Assembly: GCA_016839605.1 (NCBI GenBank)
Contig: JAEOTX010000052.1
Location: 1-10,492 of the forward strand
Direction: 5' to 3'
Length of the DNA stretch: 10,492 nt
Source of the DNA: Candidatus Thorarchaeota archaeon
GTDB lineage: Archaea > Asgardarchaeota > Thorarchaeia > Thorarchaeales > Thorarchaeaceae
The notes under the pieces are model-generated. The model had not been told where the DNA came from, made no database searches, and saw only the letters and a program-made list of their open reading frames with translations. The first letter of the stretch is position 1; each line of letters begins with the position of its first letter. The position numbers were made by a program, and so were the translations under genes. This document shows positions 6,659 to 10,492 of the stretch, piece by piece.

Positions 6659-7102
6659 CTACTCATTTTCTACAGAAGTGACAAAACCAACGCATGATGT
6701 AGATGGCAATTTCTGTCTTATTGCCTGCACTTGAGGACGCATCAGCTTCTCAATCGGCTTCCATTTCTGAAAATTGGTCCATTCTAGGTCAACATATCCT
6801 AGCAAATGATGGACCAGAAAGAGCTCTGGTTTCCCTCCGGCAATGGTATAGATTCCAGTTCCATAGTCCATTCGTCGCAGAATCACTATAGGCAGTCTGA
6901 TTTCATCATGGAATCTTGGAGGCACTTGACTCACAAGTTCAGATATCTCCTCTTTTTTGAGGATAGATTTTTCGCCATTTCTAGTCATATAGTGTGGGTC
7001 ATCAGATCTAGCCAACTCCCTCAGACTGAATCTGGTTGCTGGCATATGGTCATTTATTGAGTCAATCTCATGCTGTACTATCTTGTCAATTGGTGGAGTC
7101 AC
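6659..7102 (-). CDS. DUF61 / UPF0216 family protein
   Basis: The pattern EIDSINDHMPATRFSLRELA..DPHYMTRNG...EEI..L...P...IRLPIVILR matches DUF61 as recalled. The GTG start at 7102 overlaps the fibrillarin stop (GTGA) and has GGAGG upstream. Confidence 0.8.
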   Translation of the reverse strand: MTPPIDKIVQHEIDSINDHMPATRFSLRELARSDDPHYMTRNGEKSILKKEEISELVSQVPPRFHDEIRLPIVILRRMDYGTGIYTIAGGKPELFLVHHLLGYVDLEWTNFQKWKPIEKLMRPQVQAIRQKLPSTSCVGFVTSVENE

Positions 7103-7800
7103 ATCTGGTCCTCCGTGACACGGCACACCACGAACCTATGATCCTTTTCCAAGGGGTCAAGGGTAACATTCTCAATAACCTCAAGGCCCTGGTCATCTAA
7201 TGTGGCTATCTCGCTGCTATAGATTTCATCAATCGGCGCTGCTGAATCAATACTTCTTGCTTTGATAGCAATCAATCCCCATGCACCAAAACCGCAGAAG
7301 ACCCTGATATTGTCAATTAAAATTCGGGCTTGATGTGGCTGGGCAATGTCCTGATAGACCACATCAATTGGTCCAGCTACGAACGGAGCATACTTTGTAG
7401 GGTGTCTGGCGTCCTCGATAATTGGAACAATATTACTGCGGGACTCAGCCAGCTGCAGGAGTCCTCGAGCTGTTCGTGCTGAAAACTCGACTGCATAGAT
7501 AACACCCTGGGGGCCTACTATATCTGAGCAATGGCTTACTGTAGTGCCTGATGCAGCTCCAAGATACAAGACTCGCGATCCCGGCTGGATTGGCATCTCT
7601 CCGACCCCCTTCTGAATAGCCGCAGCGAGCTTAGACCTTCGTGGATTCCAAATACGAAAGTCACCCTTTTCCTCGATGGTTAAGACTTTCTCACCGTAGA
7701 CGCTCTGTCCGGGAACAACACTCCGTGTAGCAAGAGAGGATTTGGCTTTGTCACCAATCCGGAAGACGCCAGGAAACCTATGATTCTCCACAATGGTCAT
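7099..7800 (-). CDS. flpA: Fibrillarin-like rRNA/tRNA 2'-O-methyltransferase
   Basis: Motifs VYGEK, RIWNPRRSKLAAAI, VLYLGAASGTTVSH.SDIVG, YAVEFS, NIVPIIEDARHP, DVVYQDIAQP.QA, IKARSID and LDPLEKDH. Confidence 0.98.
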   Translation of the reverse strand: MTIVENHRFPGVFRIGDKAKSSLATRSVVPGQSVYGEKVLTIEEKGDFRIWNPRRSKLAAAIQKGVGEMPIQPGSRVLYLGAASGTTVSHCSDIVGPQGVIYAVEFSARTARGLLQLAESRSNIVPIIEDARHPTKYAPFVAGPIDVVYQDIAQPHQARILIDNIRVFCGFGAWGLIAIKARSIDSAAPIDEIYSSEIATLDDQGLEVIENVTLDPLEKDHRFVVCRVTEDQM

Positions 7801-9047
7801 TGTTTCTTGCCTCCTCGTTTCTTCTTCTGATTACCACGAGATCTCCCCCGCTTTGACGGTTTCTTAGTGAATTTCTTTGCAGGCTTTGGCGGAGGTTCTT
7901 CAGCATTCTGCCTTTGAATCTCACTCACTCTTTCAAGGAACTTCTTCTTGAGTTCCGTTCCAATATTTCTCTTGGAATACGCATCAATACGTGCCGCAAT
8001 TGAGATTTTCCCTGCCAACGCTCTTGCAATCTTACCCCTTTGCCAATAGGGGGCACTATGAATTTCAGGAACCTGATAGATGATGCCATGTTTTGGCGGG
8101 TCTGTTCCAGTCTTCAGACTTCGAAACAACGCCTTTTCCGCGCCATAGATTTGGACTGTGCTAGAGGGCTTTTTGGCTAAGTCTATCAATGATCCTGCAA
8201 GGCTGATTAAACGGGCTCCCACCAGTGGGCCGACGAGAGTAGTTATGTTAGGCGCAACAGATTCCATAATCTGGCCAACATATTCCTCAATCTCGCGTCT
8301 CTTGACATAAAGGGTCTGAACGGTGTTCGCCAAGCTTTGTGCAATAGACAAATCGTTGGTTTCGAAAGGTGCCCCTAGGTCTCTGAGCATTGCATTCATA
8401 ATACTTTGAGCTTGCTGTTCTGGAACTCCTGCTTTGGACAGACAATCAATTTCGATTTTTGAACGCTCTCCACAATTGCTCACCACATTAGCAAATACCT
8501 CATGCTCCTCTACTAAATCATTCAAAGAAGGATGGTGAAGCGAGTACCATTCTCTCAGTCTCATCGCTAGAATGTTGATGGACCTATCAACTTCACCGAT
8601 TGCATCTATTGCATGTTTCACGAGAAGGTCTTTCTCTTCACTAGCGGCAGTTATCGCTGCCCGAGAGATATGAATAGCCACCTCTCTTCTAAATGAAGCA
8701 ATGCCTTCCTTCTCCTTCAGAAGGCCCGATTCCAAGAGATACGTGTCTTGAGTATCGCGGAAGGACTTGAATACAGTTGATGTTTCATTCACACTTACTG
8801 GAACTTGAGTCAAGCTGGACAGAGCGCGGCTTACCATCCCGTTCTCAACTACAACACTCTCGACTCCAAGACTCGCTAATTCCTTAGCTATGTTCCCTAA
8901 GCAGTCTGTAGGTTGTCCTTCTCCTAGAATGGCGAACTCGGAAGATATCGCTTCCACGTCAGGGTATACAACCTGTTCTGAGATGACCTTCCCCTTCTCA
9001 TCAAGTAAGAAGAGACCAAAGCTGGTGAGGACTAGATGGGCTATCAA
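7797..9047 (-). CDS. nop5: Nop5 (Nop56/58) box C/D RNP core protein
   Basis: Motifs RLREWYSLHHP, APNITTLVGPLVGARLISLAG, PSSTVQIYGAEKALF, PPKHGIIYQ and RGKIARALAGK..IAARID, with a K/R-rich tail. TTG start; ATGA overlap with flpA. Confidence 0.97.
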   Translation of the reverse strand: MIAHLVLTSFGLFLLDEKGKVISEQVVYPDVEAISSEFAILGEGQPTDCLGNIAKELASLGVESVVVENGMVSRALSSLTQVPVSVNETSTVFKSFRDTQDTYLLESGLLKEKEGIASFRREVAIHISRAAITAASEEKDLLVKHAIDAIGEVDRSINILAMRLREWYSLHHPSLNDLVEEHEVFANVVSNCGERSKIEIDCLSKAGVPEQQAQSIMNAMLRDLGAPFETNDLSIAQSLANTVQTLYVKRREIEEYVGQIMESVAPNITTLVGPLVGARLISLAGSLIDLAKKPSSTVQIYGAEKALFRSLKTGTDPPKHGIIYQVPEIHSAPYWQRGKIARALAGKISIAARIDAYSKRNIGTELKKKFLERVSEIQRQNAEEPPPKPAKKFTKKPSKRGRSRGNQKKKRGGKKQ

Positions 9048-9170
9048 TCTGTTCTTCCCCGAGCTTGATTGACTACTCGTGAGTCGGATAAGTTTAGTGT
9101 TAGGCCACGTTTACCAGCTGCCGTCTACCTTATTACGAGATAACCGCCAAATTAGCGCCTAGGTGCTCTC

Positions 9171-10037
9171 TTGAAGATACAAGGATATTGGCTTGCTTCA
9201 GGGATTCTGGGAGTCACCAGTTCTACTCTACGTCGTGTACATGAGTCGGGAGCAGATGCTGTCGTCACGAAATCTATAGGTCCTAGACCCAGAAAGGGAC
9301 ATCCCGGACCCATTTTGGCTACTTCTCACGGCGGATTACTCAATGCAGTAGGTCTGACAAATCCTGGTATTGATTTTTTTGCGGAGGAAATGGCTGAACT
9401 CAAGAAGAGTGGTGTTCCAATTGTCCTCAGCATCTTTGGGAACTCGCCTCAAGAGTTAGCTGACGTGGCATCCAAAGGAGTAGAGATGAAGCCGGAAGCG
9501 ATTGAGCTCAATCTATCCTGTCCTCATGCTGAAATTGCGCAGATTGCTCATGACCCCAACCTCACACATGAATATGTGAAGGCCGTCAAGGAAGTCGTCG
9601 AGTGTCCTGTATTTGCTAAGATCACTCCAAATGCCTCTGATATTGTTGCAGTGGGAATAGCTGCAGAAAAAGCTGAAGCCGATGCTATTGTGGCAATCAA
9701 CACTGTACGTGCCATGAAGATCGACATTCACCAGAGGCGTCCTGTTCTAGGGAACAAAGTAGGTGGCCTATCTGGCCCTCCTGTATTTCCAATCGCTGTA
9801 AGATGCATATACGACCTTCACAACTCACTCTCAATACCCATCATAGGTGTGGGAGGAGTGACCGCATGGCAGGATGCCGTGGAGATGCACCTTGCTGGTG
9901 CGAGTGCAATTCAAATTGGAACTGCAGTGATAGATGGATTAGACGTGTTTGGAGAAATCAAAGAAGGCGTTCTGAATTATCTCAAAGCTGAAGGATTCTC
10001 ACAGGTGTCTGACATAGTGGGTCTAGCAGGGAGGTGA
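9171..10037 (+). CDS. pyrD: Dihydroorotate dehydrogenase, catalytic subunit (family 1B)
   Basis: Motifs LASG, VVTKS, NAVGLTNPG, ELNLSCPH (catalytic Cys), KITPN, AINT, GGLSG, IIGVGG and GASAIQIGTA. TTG start with AGGTG upstream. Confidence 0.96.
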   Translation: MKIQGYWLASGILGVTSSTLRRVHESGADAVVTKSIGPRPRKGHPGPILATSHGGLLNAVGLTNPGIDFFAEEMAELKKSGVPIVLSIFGNSPQELADVASKGVEMKPEAIELNLSCPHAEIAQIAHDPNLTHEYVKAVKEVVECPVFAKITPNASDIVAVGIAAEKAEADAIVAINTVRAMKIDIHQRRPVLGNKVGGLSGPPVFPIAVRCIYDLHNSLSIPIIGVGGVTAWQDAVEMHLAGASAIQIGTAVIDGLDVFGEIKEGVLNYLKAEGFSQVSDIVGLAGR

Positions 10038-10043
10038 TCAGTC

Positions 10044-10492
10044 TTGAATCTTGATAGACTAATGGGCCGACCAAAATCTGTGAGAATCAATGATATGGTG
10101 GAGGAGAGCGACAAGACTCGAACAGTCAGATTCAGCTACCCATATGATGACATCGAGTTTCACCCAGGCCAATTCATGATGATCTGGGTACCAGGCGTTG
10201 ATGAGGTTCCAATGAGCATTTCATACTGGAATCTTCCTGATGTAGGAGTGACAGTAGCACCAATTGGCGAAACTACTAAAGCTCTGGCCTCATTGGATGT
10301 TGGACAGCTAATCGGAATACGCGGTCCATTTGGCACATCTTTCAAGACGAATTCTAAGAATGCACTTGTTGTTGGAGGTGGTATTGGGATGGCCCCGCTA
10401 AGACCACTGACCTATGAACTTCTTAGCCAGAATGTGCAGGTGACACTGCTTATTGCTGCCAAAACAAAGGGCGACCTGGTCTATCTGAAGGA
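10044..10492 (+). CDS. pyrK: Dihydroorotate dehydrogenase electron-transfer subunit (partial, runs off the window)
   Basis: Manual translation gives PGQFMMIWVPGVDEVPMSIS, GIRGPFG and LVVGGGIGMAPL. GAGGTGA (10031-10037) is an SD-like motif before TTG 10044; an alternative ATG lies at 10062. The gene follows pyrD directly. Confidence 0.93.
   Translation, partial: MNLDRLMGRPKSVRINDMVEESDKTRTVRFSYPYDDIEFHPGQFMMIWVPGVDEVPMSISYWNLPDVGVTVAPIGETTKALASLDVGQLIGIRGPFGTSFKTNSKNALVVGGGIGMAPLRPLTYELLSQNVQVTLLIAAKTKGDLVYLK

Noticed and set aside
7103-7126. Upstream start MPCHGGPD for the DUF61 ORF
   Set aside because: It lies inside flpA. GTG 7102 with an SD-like motif and stop/start overlap is more plausible.
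4826-10345. Remaining short ORFs overlapping rnhB, the HTH gene, DUF61, nop5, pyrD and pyrK
   Set aside because: They are antisense or off-frame to well-supported conserved genes and show no recognisable motifs.
1-10492. CRISPR array, tandem repeat array or IS transposase
   Set aside because: No regularly spaced repeats, terminal inverted repeats or transposase/integrase motifs were seen by eye.

Overview
Archaeal chromosomal window. The gene content and protein style suggest an Asgard, Thorarchaeota-like lineage, but that is inference only. The right half is a housekeeping block: rnhB (+), then a COG1395-type HTH regulator, DUF61, fibrillarin and Nop5 (all -), then the divergent pyrD-pyrK (+). 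The left end holds a >628-aa hypothetical ORF that runs off the window and is missing from the ORF track, plus a predicted single-pass surface protein. The centre holds an intron-containing tRNA-Trp(CCA) at 3218-3355. The main observation is a ~1.5-kb cassette directly after the tRNA. It carries one ORF with two degenerate LAGLIDADG-like motifs and no integrase, and it ends in a second copy of the tRNA 3' end followed by a T-tract (4847-4867). The downstream copy pairs perfectly with the tRNA acceptor stem, so it is plausibly the displaced original end. This suggests a minimal, integrase-free, tRNA-targeting homing-endonuclease element.
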